64,000 nucleotides of DNA, taken from the human T2T-CHM13v2.0 reference genome, Homo sapiens. Below the pieces are notes generated by a model. It was not told where the DNA came from. It did no database searches and was given only the letters and a program-made list of their open reading frames with translations. The translations under genes were made by a program, and so were the position numbers. Position 1 is the stretch's first letter. Each line of letters begins with the position of its first letter. Shown in pieces: positions 28,368-42,952 of this stretch. Location: the NCBI RefSeq assembly GCF_009914755.1, contig NC_060926.1. One strand, written 5' to 3'.

Positions 28368-28939
28368 TGTGATGGTTAGTTTTATGTGTCAGCTTGACTG
28401 TGCCATAAGGTGCACAGATATTTGATCAAACATTATTCTAAGTGTGTCTGTGAGGATGTTTCTTGAGGAGATTAACATTTAAATCAGTAGACTGAATAAA
28501 GCAGATGGCCCTCTCTAAACTTGGGTGGGTCTCATCCCATCAGTTAAAGGCCTGAATAGAACAAAAATACTGCCCTTTCAATGAGTCAAACGGAACTCTT
28601 TCAATTCAAAGGCCGACTGTCTTTGAATTGGGAATAGGTTTTTGTTTTTGTTTCTGTTTTCCTGCTTCTGGATTCAAACTGAAACATCAGCTCTTCATGT
28701 GTCTTCAGCCTGCTGGTCTTCAGACAGAAATTACACCATTGGCTCTCCTGATTCTCAGGCCTTTGGACTCTAAGATTAGAATCATACCATTGGCTTTCCT
28801 GGGTCTGCAGTTTGTCAACTGCAGGTCTTGGAAATTTTCAGCCTCCAAAAGTGTATGAGCCAATTCTGTATAATAAATCTGTCTCTCTCTTACTCCCTCT
28901 CTCTCGATTCTGTTTCCCCAAAGAACCCTGACTAATACA
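28368..28939 (+). mobile_element. MLT2 (B/C/D-type) solo LTR
   Basis: TGTGATGGTTAGTTTTATGTGTCAGCTTGAC start; GAACCCTGACTAATACA end. Confidence 0.9.
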
Positions 28940-29265
28940 TGGATATAATAATTTTACACTTGAACATCACAAAATCTCTTGATGTTGAAAGGGAGATCTT
29001 GATTTCCATGTTTTCATAATAAGCACTTTGGGAGACCATGAATCTTCATGTGTAGATCTTTTTGGATCACTTGGTCTAGTGTATAGACTTGGACCTGAGA
29101 CCCAGTTTCTAATCCCATTTCTGTTACCAAGTGGCTGTGTGATTAGGGACAAATTACTTCTCCTCTCTGTGCTCCATTTTCTCATCCCTATGAGAAGGAT
29201 CACAGGGGATTATCCCCAGTGTTTTTTTTGTACTTCTAAAATCCTAGGGATTTAAATTTTTTAAG

Positions 29266-29541
29266 TAGGAATGGGATCATGTCCTTTGCAGGGACATGGA
29301 TGGATCTGGAAGCCATTATCCTCAGGAACAGAACACAGGAACAGAAAACCAAATGCTGCATGTTCTCACTTGTAAGTGGGAGCTGAACAATGAGAACACA
29401 TGGACACAGGGAGAGGAACAACACACACTGGGGCCTGTTGGTGGGGCAGGGGAGGGAGAGCATCAGGAGAAATAGCTAATGCAGGTGGAGCTTAATACCT
29501 AGGTGATGGGTTGACAGGTGCAGCAAACCACCATGGCACAC
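29266..29541 (+). mobile_element. L1PA 3' fragment
   Basis: gatcatgtcctttgcagggacatggatgg...gcagcaaaccaccatggcac. Confidence 0.92.
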
Positions 29542-30529
29542 AACACTACCTCTTCTTACCTTCTCCATTTCTCTAAGATATGGGAGGTAGGTCTACTTTG
29601 CCAAATCAAAACATTGGCAATGATCTGTCAAATATAAGCTCTGAAGATACCTTTTCTGAGAATCTAGGTTCCCAGAGGGGAAATATTTTTTTCTCCTGAG
29701 CATTCTGCTTTCTCTATTCACAGACAGATTTTCAGCTAATAGCTCTTCTTTTTCCCCAGGAGATCTGAGCAGAATATTTTCAGGACGTAGACACAGACAT
29801 ACTTTCTTGGGCACGGACTTACATACACAAATAAGCACACTGACACATAGAAAGACACCTACACCAAGCTGCTCACTCAGAGACCACTCAGAATCCAAGA
29901 GATTAAACTTGTGCATGCTATTAGCATGGCTTTTAAAGGGAAGAGCTTGTTGCAGTCCCTGGGCTCAGTTTTGGGTAAGCACAGGTTGTATTGGGACTAA
30001 CTGAGCCTGCATTTAACCGATAATACTTCTAATTAGACACATGTGCTCTTTTCTGAGTGCCCTAGTATCTCACTGAGTACAATTGGTGGTTAACTACACC
30101 CAGAAACAAAGCAGACCCTGTAAACACCCTTTAAAAGTGCTGGTCTTTGAGGATTGTTTATGACCCTAAAAGAATCTGTATTGAGGATTAGAATTCACAG
30201 ACATGAAGAACTGAATACTAATAAGCACTCATTTTCTTTAAGCCTGTTATTGACTTTGGCATATCTTTCCATATTCCGCAGTGCTATAAATTCTTCAAAC
30301 CAACACAGAACATCGTCATCACCCTCTCTGCATAGCTGGCAAGAGCAGTGAGAGTGATACACAGCTTTTCTGTGCCCCCAGGAATTCAGAGTTGAAATTT
30401 ATGCTGCATATGTTCAATATGCTAAGCAAGTTTATGGGTTTTCCTTGCCCTCTAATAAAACTTACAAGGGGGAAAGTAAATATTAAGCTCTTTAAAGAGA
30501 TCAGTTAGGAAGCAAAACAGATTGTAGTT

Positions 30530-31070
30530 ACTTATTTATTCATTCCACAATTAGCTTACTGCTGCACCTGCCTGTGGCAGGCCCAGTTCTAGGCACTGAA
30601 GATACAAAGCATCTCTGGGAAGAAGCAGACAAGGATCCCTGCCCTCAGAGGGTTTACACTGTAGTAGGTGGAACATAAGGTTTTGGAGTTGCACCGTCTG
30701 TATGATATTTAAAGATATGAGACTGTATATGATCACCAAGGAAGTGAATGCAGATAGGAAAGAGAGTTCTAGGAGCTGAGAAGCACTCTGTGCAGTAGTG
30801 GGGATGAGGAAAAGGCTAAAAAAGAACAGCTAGTGAGGTTGGAGGGAGCCCAGGAAAGCAAGGTGCTCTGCAAACAAAATTAAGTGTTTCAAAGAGGAGA
30901 AAATACACATGTGTCTACACTGACAGGTCAAATATAAATTGGGTTGAAAGTTAATGATTGAATTTCATAATTTAGAGGTCGCTGTTGATCCTGACAAGAG
31001 TAATTTTGGTGGAGGGCTGAGAAGAAGAGACTTGACTAAAGTATGTTCAAGAGTGAGAAGAGAAAAATAA
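30530..31070 (-). mobile_element. L2 fragments
   Basis: ttattcattc...gttctaggcactgaagataca...tccctgccctc; purine-rich L2 body. Confidence 0.7.
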
Positions 31071-31231
31071 ATTACAGAAAAAGAATATTAATTATCTGGT
31101 CATTTTGCTCATTTGTTTTACAATACAAAATTGTAACTATAGTTGAAAGCTATAGCCTGTTATATAAAAAAATTAGACTTCAACAATATCTCCAGGTTTT
31201 ATTTTTTTAACCTGCAATTTTAGACAGAGGT

Positions 31232-31697
31232 TGTGTTAGTTAGGATGCTATTAATAATTTTGCTGCAGTAACAAAGGCCAAATTGGCAGTCAACAAGATG
31301 GAAATTTATTTCTCTCTTACTTAGTGACTACCTGAGTGAAAGGATTGAAGGAGACCAGTGAAGTTGGGGGTCTGGATCGTTTTTGCTCTGCCATGCTTAA
31401 CATGTGGCTTCCAACTTGTGATCTAAGATGGCTGCTCTAACTTCCACTATGACTTCCACATTCTAACAAGCAGGGACTGGGAAGAGGGAAGAGCAAATTC
31501 CTGTTTTTTAAGGACATGACCTGAAAGTTGCACATCATGTTTTCCCACTTCCTATTGGCCAGAACCTACTCACACCTAGCTGCAAGGGTGACTGAGAAAT
31601 GTTTGACTGAATAGTTATGTGTCCAGCTAAATCTTCCTATTACTAAAGAAGAAAAAGAGAGGAGATAATGGAGAGACAATTCACAATTTCTGTCACA
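31232..31697. mobile_element. Old MaLR LTR (MLT1J/K-like)
   Basis: gttaggatgct..gctgcagtaaca..tttatttctctc..aagatggctgct..attggccagaacct..acctagctgcaaggg. Confidence 0.65.
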
Positions 31698-32119
31698 AAG
31701 TTTCACTGAGAACAACTAAACTGTGACTATGAAATAAAAATGTTATACATTTTTATAATTATGCTTTACTCCAAGTATAATTATATTAAACAAATAATGT
31801 ATAATCTACAGTGAGGTTTTTATATTGAACTTCAGTTTTCCCCATTAGGAATTAGCTTTCAGGCCATACTGGGTATTGTCTGTCTTACTATGGTCATTTC
31901 CTTGTGTCTAGTTTATATCTTGTATCTAACAATTGAGTAAAATTCTTATTGTCTGAAAATGCATTTGTTTACAATATAGCCTACAAAATGCCTGGTGCAG
32001 TTACTTTTTAAACAAGACACAACTTCTCTTGATTTTTCTGACTCATTTTGAGAGCTTTCTGTTGTTTATTCACTGTTTTGTGCTATGGTTTCTCCCCAAA
32101 GAACACTTTCTATCTCATT

Positions 32120-33042
32120 CTTTTAGGCCAGTATTACCCTATACCAAAAGCAGACAAAATTATCACAAGAAAAGAAAGCTACAAGTCAATACCCCCTGTG
32201 AATATTGGTGCAAAAGTCTTTAATAAAATACACTAAACTGAATCCAGCAGCATATAAGAAGTATTACACACATTAAGAAGGATTATACAGGACCAAATGA
32301 GATTTATCCCAGGAATGCAAGGTTGGTTCAATGTACAAAAGTCAATCAATGTAATGCACCATATTAATAGAATAAAAGATCATCTCAATAGGTGCAGAAA
32401 AACATATTTGATGAAATTTAACATTTTTCATTATAAAAGACACTCAACAAACTAGGAATAGAATGGAACTTTCTCAGTATGATGAAGGTCACATATAAAA
32501 AATTTATGGCTAATAACAGTGAAAGTATAAAAGCTTTTCCTCTAAGAATAGGAACAATACAAGGATATCTCTTTTTGCCATTTCTAATCAACATTGTACT
32601 GAAGGTTTTAGCCAGGGCAAGAAAAAGAAATAAAGGCATCCAGACTAGAAAGGAAGAAAGAAAACTTTCTATTTGCAGAGGACATGATAGTATATACAGA
32701 GAACCCGAAAGAATCCACACACACTGGGGGGGCCAAGGTGGGTGGATCATGAGGTCAGGAGTTCAAGACCAGCCTGGCCAACATGGTGAAAACCCGTCTC
32801 TGCTAAAAAAATACAAAAATTAGCTGGGTGTGGTGGTGGGTGCCTGTAATCCCAGCTACTTGGGAGGCTGAGGTTGCAGTAAGCGAAGATCATGCCATTG
32901 CACTCCAGCCTGGGTGACAAGAGCAAGACTCTGTCTTAAAAAAAAAAAAAAAGGAATCCACACACAAAACTGTTAGCACTAACAGATGACTTTTGCAAGG
33001 TTGCAGGATACAAGATCAATATACAAAAATCAGTTGCATCTA
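32120..33042 (+). mobile_element. L1M ORF2 (RT region) fragment interrupted by an Alu
   Basis: gatttatcccaggaatgcaaggttggttcaa; degenerate KAFPLRIGTIQG...INIVLKVLARA. Confidence 0.92.
32725..32952 (+). mobile_element. 5'-truncated, internally deleted AluS
   Basis: Alu sequence with poly(A); TSD GAATCCACACACA. Confidence 0.92.
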
Positions 33043-34322
33043 CTCAAAGCTTGGTGAAGGTTGGTAGTTCAACTTTCTGATGGGAGTTTAAATGAAGAAG
33101 AGTCTGCCCACTGTGCAGAGCTACACATGCCAGAATGTTTCCTGCATAGCACTATGAAACGATATTCTGCTTGTAACACCTTGGGCTTTTCTGTTTCATT
33201 TCATGCTTGCAATGGAGTAGCCTAAGGGCATTTAAAGTCCAGGCTGTGGAGAAGTGCTTTTCATTCATCTGTAGTAAAATGAGAAAAACATTTTCATGTA
33301 GTGATGCAAGTGGATGTAGTGCCATTTTAATTCAGTGTAAAGAACTGTCATTCTTTTGAGAATAGATTCATCCTACTTTTTGACATTAAACATGTTCCTT
33401 CTTTCTATAAATTTATCATGGTAGTTTATATTAATATCTTTATTATTTTTAAAAATTTATTTATTTTAATGCCATTACTTGGTAAAGTGAAAGCTAACAA
33501 AGCTTTCTACTGATGGATTTATTTATTTTTGAAAATTTACTTTGTGAAATTCAAGAGTCTAGGAAGTACAAGTAGAAGCTATGTTAGCTGTGTTTACTAC
33601 ACCTTTAGGGCTCTGCAGAGTCACCTTACCTGTATCTTTACTACTTCCTAGTCTTACCTTCCTTTTTCTCTTTTTCTTTTTAGCTTGTCTCCTTAACTCT
33701 TTTGTTATGAACTAGAAAAATGTTGTGGTGGGGAAGAACCAGAAAAAAGTTTGCAGGATTTGGATTGCTTTACTTGGAGCCTTAATATCATTCCTCAAAA
33801 ATTGAGAGGTTATAATGTGAAGAGCATGGACCATAAATACTTTTAGTGGTCAAAATAGAAAGAACTGGGTTATAATTGCTGAATATTTGGTTGAGCAACA
33901 ATAAAGAATTCATAAATTCATAAAATGGAGCAGTTATTAACCTTGGAACAGTCTACCCAGATCCAGCTTGGAGTTTCCACCCCCGTAGAATGCTGGCCAT
34001 GTCAACGCACGTATGCCCAAGTTTTGAGGCTGGGCCTGGTAAACTTTGTGTAGTCATTCCAGCTATCTGATTACAAAACATTTTGATGACCTACCCACAA
34101 GTCTCATGTGATTTTTACATCATTGTGTGTGTGCTCTTGAATGTTCCAAGTTATTCAAGTAAGGTCTATAAATCGATACTGACCCATGGGACTGAAAAAT
34201 GTGCTTCAACCAATAAAAATGTGACAAGAAAGAACAGTGCTCAGTTTCAACAACTTCATTTAAAAAATTATTTTATTTTATTTTATCATTCCTTCTATGT
34301 GCCACTTTAAAATATTATTCCT

Positions 34323-34614
<292 letters not shown>

Positions 34615-34619
34615 TTATT

Positions 34620-34868
34620 CCTAATAAACTGTATTTTTTTAGAGCAGTTTTATGTTCACAGAAAAATGGAGTGGGAAGTACGAGTTTCCGTATTCCCCTT
34701 GTTCCTATGCATACAATCTCCCACCCACAATCCACATCCCCCACCAGAGGGGTACATTTGTTACCACTGATGAACCTACATTGATACATCATTAACTCCC
34801 AAAGTTCATAGTTTATATTAAGGTAATTCACTTTTGGTGTCATATATTCTATGGGTTTGGACAAGTGT
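34620..34868 (-). mobile_element. L1MC-type 3' end
   Basis: Reverse complement ends gtgaacataaaactgctctaaaaaa. Confidence 0.8.
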
Positions 34869-35059
34869 TTATTTTCCATGCTCTGTTGACTTCACTTACT
34901 TCATGATTATCTTGTTCATAATGATAAAAGCTGGTAAACATTCTTCAGGCAAGCCGGTAAAAGTTTTGTAGAGCCTGAAGTGTTCTTTTTTTCTCTTGTT
35001 CACAAATCATCCTTTGCCTGATTAACTCTGTTAAGTTTAATTTGTCAAAGTTTTTCTTT

Positions 35060-36575
35060 TAGCAGGAGCAAAGATAATCTAACAAATCAAAGATGGTCTT
35101 TTCAATAAATAATGCTGGAAAGACTGGACATCCACATGCAAAAACCAAGAACCAAAAACCAAAAACTGAAGCCAGACACAGGTCTCCCACATCACAAAAA
35201 TTAACTTCAAATGGATAATAGACTTAAATGCTAAACACAAAACTATAAAACTCTTAGAAGATAACATTGGAGAAAATCTAGACGACCTTGGGTATGACTA
35301 TGGCTTTTTAGATATAACACCAAAGACACAATCTATGAAAGAAATAATTGAAAAGCTGAACTTCATTAAAATTCAAAACTTATCTGTGAAAAAAAAAATG
35401 TTACGAGCATGAGATGACAAGCCACAGACTGGGAGAAATAATGACAAAGGACACATCTGATAAAGGACTGTTATCCAAAAGAGCTCTTAAAATTCAACAA
35501 TGAGAAAATAAACAACCCAATTAAAATTGTATGAAATACTTGAACAGTATCTCACAAAAGACCATACATGGATTGTAAGTAAGCATGTGAAAAGATAGTT
35601 AACATTATCTGTTGTTAGGAAGCAGCAAGTTAAAACAAAATGAGGTACCATGACATCCCTATTAGAATGGCCAAAATCCAAAACATTGACAACACCAAAT
35701 GCTATGAGGATGTAAAACACCAGGAATTCTCATTCATTGCTGGTAGGAATGCAAAATGCATACAGCCACTTTGGAAGATATTTTGGAGGTTTCTTACAAA
35801 ACTACACATACTTTCACCATAAGATCCAGCAATCATGCTCCTTAGTATTTACCAAATCAATTGAAAACTTACATTCACATAAAAACATGCACATGAATGT
35901 TTATAGCAGCTTCCCTCATAATTGCCAAAACTCAGAAGCAACCAGATTTTCTTTAGGCGAATGGATAAATAAACTGTAGTACATCCAGACAATGAAATGT
36001 TTTATTTTATTTTTTTACTCTTGTTGGGAAACAGACAATAGAATATTATTCAGTGCTAACAATAAATGAGCTATCAAGCTATGAAAAGACATGGAGGAAA
36101 AGTTAATGCATAAGACTAAATGGAAGAAGATAATCTGAAAAGCCTACCTACTGTGTGCTTCCAAAGATACGACATTCTGGAAAAGGCGAAACTGCAGAGA
36201 CAATAAAAAAATGAGTAGTCACCAGGGGCTGGACGAGGGAGAGATAAATAGGGAGAGCACAGATAATTTTTAGGGCAGTTAAAATATTCTGCATAAAACT
36301 ACAGTGGTAGAGATATGTCATTATACATTTGTCCCAACCCATAGAATGTACACCAAGTGAACCCTAATGTAAACCATGAACTCTGAGTGATAATGATGTG
36401 TCAAATAAAGGTGCATTGATTGCAACAAATGTACCACTTTGGTGGGGAATCTTGATAGTAGGGTAGGTTGTATATGTGTGGGGACAGGGGTATTTGGCAA
36501 CTGTCTGTACTTTTCACTCAATTTTACTGTGAACCTAAAACTGCTCTAAAAATAAAATTTATTAATAAAAAAACA
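35060..36575 (+). mobile_element. L1MC-type element (ORF2 3' part and 3'UTR)
   Basis: tcttttcaataaataatgctgg...; MRYHDIPIRMAKI; ends gaacctaaaactgctctaaaaataaa plus A-rich tail. Confidence 0.92.
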
Positions 36576-36839
36576 AATATACAGAAACATTTGGGAAAGT
36601 AAGAGGATCTTAACGGCTATTCACACTTTCTTGTGCAAAAGTTTGGGAGGGTCATTTTTTCTCTACCTAGGGGGAAAATAGCTTTGATTGTGGGTAGAAA
36701 AAAGAGGAATATGGTAATTTTAGTGTTTGGAGGAATGTAATAGCACTAAACTTGGGGAGGTAGAAACTAGTAGGTTGTAGGTTGTAAGGAAGGTAAAACG
36801 GTACCAATAATTTTTGCCAATTTAAAAATGATAACCAAG

Positions 36840-37342
36840 TGTACTGGTTAATTTTATGTGTCAACTTGACTGGGTTAAGGGATGGCCAGATAGCTGGTAA
36901 AACATTATTTCTAGGTGTCTCTGTAGGTTGTTTCTAGAAGAGATTAGCATTTGGGTTGGTAGACTGAATAGGAAAGGTCACCCTCACCAGTGCAGATGGG
37001 TGTCATTCAATCCATTGAGGGCCTGAGGAGAACAAGGAAAGGCAAATTTGCTCTCTCTGAGCTGGGGCATCTATGTTCTTCTGCCCTTAGACATCAGTGC
37101 TCCTGGTTCTTGGGCCTTTGTACTTAGACTGGGACTTATATCATTGGTTCCCCTGGTCCTCAGGCCTCCAGATTTGAACTGGTACTATACCATCAGCTCT
37201 CCTGGTTGTCCAGCTTACAGATGGCATACTGAGATTTTGCAGACTTCATAACTGTGTGAGCCAATTCCTATTATAAATCTCCTTTTGTATATCTACATAT
37301 ATCCTATTGGTTTTTTTTCTCCAGGGATCCCTAACTAACACA
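36840..37342 (+). mobile_element. MLT2 (B/C-type) solo LTR
   Basis: TGTACTGGTTAATTTTATGTGTCAACTTGACTGGG start; CCCTAACTAACACA end; imperfect TSD CCAAG/CCCAG. Confidence 0.9.
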
Positions 37343-37479
37343 CCCAGGGTTGGTCCTATGTGGTATGAAGGCAGTGCTGTGTTGATATATGTAAGTGTGT
37401 GTATAGATATGTTTTTAATAACATTATTATCTGCATGCGTAATTTTGTGTCTTCCTTTCTAAAGTTTTCACCTTATACT

Positions 37480-37730
37480 TCCTTTTCTTGTGTTGTATGA
37501 ACCAGAACTTCTAGAGTAATGTTGAATAACAGAGAATGATAGTTGGATTCCTAGCCTTGTTCCTGATTTTAAGGTGAACATGCCCAGAGTTTTAATGTTC
37601 AATGTAATGCTTACTTTTGATTTCTGTTAATAATCCAGGATTTAAATGACACACCCATAACAATAAAGTATACTAAGAACTTTTATTAGAAATGGCTATT
37701 GAATTTCATAAAATGTCAATTAGTCAAAAT
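37480..37730 (-). mobile_element. Ancient L1M fragment
   Basis: aatgttgaataacag...ccttgttcctgattttaagg. Confidence 0.7.
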
Positions 37731-38029
37731 TAATTCATTTCTATTTATTATAACTTTTGCATAAATTTCATAACTTTTTATATGTACATATACTTACACA
37801 CGTGCATAGTTTTTGCAGATGCATAAATGTGTGATGTATGTACTTTTTACATCCTTATCCCACCTTCTCCCATATCCCAGATTAACAACCTTAAATGTAT
37901 CCTTCTGTACTTTTCTGATAATAACGTATTTCTTTATATATGTATATTGTATGCACATTTTTGCATTTTGCTTTTCTCCTTTAACAATATTTCGTGGAAA
38001 TATCTCCAAGTTAAACAGATGTTACATTT

Positions 38030-38590
38030 TGGTCCTGCCCTGCTATTTATTAACTGTATGTCCTTGAGTAGGGTAAGTAAGTTTTCTGGCACAAGTTTTT
38101 CTACTTAAGAGGACAACTATTCCTTTCTCCCAGGACTACTGTGAGAACCAAATGATATCATATATATAAAGCACTAAACATGGAACCTGGCAAATCGTAG
38201 GCTCTAAGCAAGTGTTACCCAATCTCATATCCAGTACAGGGAGGGCAAACCTTTGTCCTTTCCCATTTGGCAGTTATGGCCTCTGGGCTGAAGATTTGTA
38301 ACTCTGTCAATGCCTGAGCACCTGTGGAGGGTCTGGAAGGATCCCTGGGTGTTGGTTTGGTTCAGAGCAACAGTGGTGGAGCCCCATGACCTGGTTTTGA
38401 AACCATGCGTCATCACTTCCTAGCACGGACAACTTTCTAAACCTCTCTGTGCTTCCGCTTCCTCATTTGTAAAATGGGAATAAGAGTACCTGTCTGTTAC
38501 TCCTATTGTGGGTGTAATGAAATCATCCATGTGACACACTTGGAGCAGTGCCTGATACATTGAAAGCCCTCAATGAGTATAAGTGAGTGA
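38030..38590 (+). mobile_element. Cluster of MIR remnants
   Basis: ttcctcatttgtaaaatgggaataa; cagtgcctga. Confidence 0.7.
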
Positions 38591-38666
38591 AGTGACAGGG
38601 CACAAGATTTGAAATCAATTGGCCGAGCGCCACCATTTTCTGGCTGTTGGACTTTGAGCAAGTTAT

Positions 38667-38717
38667 TATTGCCATCAAAAGTAATTGCAAAAACCACAAT
38701 TACTTTTGCACCGACAT
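38667..38717. mobile_element. MADE1 (Hsmar1-derived MITE) fragment
   Basis: ttgccatcaaaagtaattgcaaaaaccacaattacttttgcaccgac. Confidence 0.8.
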
Positions 38718-39340
38718 CACACAAGCTGACTAGATCCCAGTCTTCATCTGTGAAATGGGGCTAATCCCCACTTTCAAGCACTCCTTTGAGAGCAAATGAA
38801 GGTTATGAATGAAGGTGGTGCTCAGAGCAGGCTGCTTCCCTGCCAGGGTTATAGTCCAGCCAATGGACTGAATGTGCTTGGCTGTCCTAGGACTGTACCC
38901 AGCCTTCATAATTCTCTCAATTCCAAACACAGGCCTGCCAACGAACGTTTAGAACCCAAGTTCACTGTGAATTGGGACATGCCTGCATCTCATCTGTCCA
39001 TTCTCTTCAGGTGCTGGGGTCATGCTTTGCTCTCAGCAGGCATTACCACTTCATTTTGTTTCTTTCCTGTAAAGGGGAATACATATTTTATTTAAAAGTT
39101 ACTCATCTTGCTCTCTGGGGCATGGACCTATTGCTAGTTCAGTAGGCTTTGTAGGATGACTGTGATGTGTGTTTACAGTTAGAGGAAGTGGGAATGGGAC
39201 CAAGATGAGGACGATGTATATGAATTTCAGCTGACTTTCTTGCCCTCTGCAGGCTATTGCAATCCTCCAAGGACATCAGTTTCCTTTTCAAATCTCTGCA
39301 TGGAAACTCTCTCACTTCCTTCCTTCTAAAGCAAAGCTAT

Positions 39341-39373
<33 letters not shown>

Positions 39374-39380
39374 CACACAC
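39341..39380. repeat. Interrupted (AC)n microsatellite
   Basis: (AC)13 GC (AC)6. Confidence 0.95.
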
Positions 39381-40632
39381 GATAAAAATAAAAATGCAGC
39401 TTTCCAGGCAGGCATCTCCTTCAATGCAAACACAAAATCCTCTCAAGAGAACAATTCATGGGGCAGACATCATCACATCAGACAATTTGTCCATCTCTTC
39501 TTGCTGAGACTTACTTGCTACTGTTGGCAGTACGGTAATTCAGTACGTTTGCTCTAAGCCTGTGCATAAAACTGTTTAAAAAATTTAAAAAAAAACCTTG
39601 TCCCTTACACTGCATTGCACGCATGCCTATGGGGCCAGTTCATGATTTATTTTTATTTTTTTTCAGAAAAGAAACAAAAGCATTTGCACAGCTGTGGGTT
39701 TGGGGAATTAAGTATGATTCAGCAGTACCCTCTCCTGGCCTCTTTGGGAACTGTAGAAAGCTCTGAGGTGAAGGAATCTTGGGATTTCAGAGGAGGAAAC
39801 CCGTAGAAATAATTGGTTTCTTTTCTTTGTAATCCATAATAATATGAGATATCGCACTCCCACCTTATTCAAGGATGTTTAGTTTCATGAAACATTTCTC
39901 CATATTTCAGTAAATTGTAATAATCCTGTTACTTTTTATAAAATTTTTTGGCAACCCAAGTGAACAAATAACCGCATTTCTGTGCATGGTCTCCGGAGTC
40001 ATTGGAATATTCCATCCGGGCCACACTTCTGCCTGTATCCATTTAGGTGGCACAATTCCAAGAAGTGGTGCCCAGTTCTGCTCTTTTATTGAAGAAGATT
40101 CTGTCATTCATTGACTGGAGTGAGTATCGATGAACAGAACAAGTTCTGTGTTCAACCACAGGCAGTTCCATTTTGAATCATTTTTCCATGCTGTGGATAC
40201 CAAGTATTTGTACTATGTGTAAAAGGAATTAAGCTGGCTAACTTCAAGGAGATCAAATGCTCTGTTTTCTCTATCAGACATTCTGAATAATTAAGTGTTA
40301 TCTTATATCCCTTACATAAATGACCGAGCTTCCCATACCTGGAACCTAACCAATTTTGTAATTTGCACTAAGGTGATACTGTTTTCTTCCTTTGGTGTCT
40401 GAAAAGGCACATCAGGGTCATTATCAGTTTTTTAAGGAAAACTGATAATGTTTTGCTAAAATAGGCCGAAGTGCTGCTGATTGATGGAATCCCCAGAGCA
40501 GAGCACTGATTTTTCAAAATTAGTAAATAAAAACACTTAAGCAGTTGGGCCAATTGGAGAGCACGTGCATATGATGGAAAAATAGGGAGTCAAATAAATG
40601 GATTCCAGCCTCTGCCACGTGCTACTTTTTAA

Positions 40633-40960
<328 letters not shown>

Positions 40961-41157
40961 AAGCCTTAGATTTCTTATCTGTAAAATGGAACCGCTATGA
41001 AGATTAAATGAGACAATGTGTGTTAAATTCTTAGCACAGTGTATAGAAGCTTACTTAATAAACATCAGTTCTCCCACTCTGTGTCATGCAGGAAAAGAGA
41101 GAAAAGTTGAAACAGTTTACAGTTGATAAAGCTTGAGTTGTGGAATTTGAATTAACT

Positions 41158-41468
41158 CAGCAGTCCCCAACCTTTTTGGCACCAGGGACCGGTTTCATGG
41201 AAGACAAATTTTCCACGAATGTAAGGGGTTGGAGGAGGGATAGTTTTAGGAAGAAACTGTTCTGCCTCAGATCATCAAGCACTGGATTCTCATAAGGAGC
41301 GCACAACCTAGATTCCTCGCACGTGCAGTTCACAATAGGGTTCCTGCTCCTATGGGATCTAATGCCGCTGCTGATCTGACAGGAGGCGGAGCTCAAGGCA
41401 GCTCACCTCCTGGTGTGTGCCCGGTTCCTAATAGGCCTCAGACTGGTACCTGGGGTTGGGGTCCCCTG
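41158..41468. mobile_element. MER1-type hAT-Charlie MITE
   Basis: CAG..GTCCCCAACC / GGTTGGGG..CCCCTG termini; perfect 8-bp TSD AATTAACT (41150-41157 / 41469-41476). Confidence 0.92.
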
Positions 41469-41505
41469 AATTAACTGATAATGTAACTTTTAAAAGTGTA
41501 GTGGT

Positions 41506-42035
<530 letters not shown>

Positions 42036-42167
42036 TGGTTCATTAGTATTAAAAGGTTTTGAAATAAAAAGGGTCTGGAAAATATCGATGATTAAATCCA
42101 TATATTTTGTTATGAACATGTTCTTTTAAGTCACATGCTTATTATTTTACCTGTAGTATGGTGTCAG

Positions 42168-42952
42168 CCAGCGCTGTCCAACTGAATTATAATGTGAGGC
42201 ACACATGTAATTAAAATTTTTGTAGTAGCCACATTAAATAAAAGTAAAAATCACTAGTAACAAGACATATTGACATCATGAGCCCTTTGATAGAATGATC
42301 TGAGAAGGACACTTCCGTCTGTGATTTCTCTTGCCAAAAATGCACACACTCATTCCAATCATGAGAAAACACTACACAAACCTAAATTGAGGGACATGGT
42401 ACAAGATAACAGATCAGTGCTCTTCAAAAGTGTCAAGGTCATGAATGCAAGCAAAGACCGAGGAACCATCATAGATTGGAAGAAACTAAGGGGACATGAC
42501 AACTACATACAACGTGGTATCTTGGGTTGGATCCTGGGGAAAAAAGGACATCAGTGGAAAAATTGGTGAAATTTGAGTACACTTTGTAGTTTATACTAAT
42601 GTATCAATGTTAATTTATTGGTTTTGATCATTGTACTATGGTTATGTAAGATATTAACTTAAGGGAAAGCTAGGTGAAGACTGTGGGAACTTACACAATT
42701 TTTCCTTTAAGTTGAAAATTAGTTCAAAATAAAATAATTGAAAAGTTAAAAAGAAATAAGTGAATTTAAATATTTTATTTAATGCAATATATCTAAAAAT
42801 TGCTTTAATATGTAATCAGCATAAAGTTATTAATAAGAGATTTAAAAATTTTGTACTGTCTTCAAAAATCTGGTGCATATTTTACATCGTGCATCTCAGT
42901 TTAAACTAGCCACTTCCAAGTGCTCAGAAGCCATGTGTGTGCCAGGGGCAGA
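42168..42952. mobile_element. MER3/MER33-like hAT MITE split by an L1M 3' fragment (~42250-42745)
   Basis: cagcgctgtcca...tagtagccacattaa | L1 3'UTR | ...ctagccacttccaagtgctc. Confidence 0.65.

Noticed and set aside
25960-29541. Similarity between 25960-26235 and 29266-29541
   Set aside because: Two separate L1PA 3' fragments with family-level similarity only
32479-32823. ORFs resembling reverse transcriptase/ORF2p (also 25778-25996 and 35640-35822)
   Set aside because: Frameshifted, truncated fragments of dead L1 copies
34620-36575. Apparent inverted repeat between 34620-34868 and ~36325-36570
   Set aside because: Heavily diverged with many indels; consistent with two independent L1MC-type 3' ends, unlike the 55.7/58.1 kb pair
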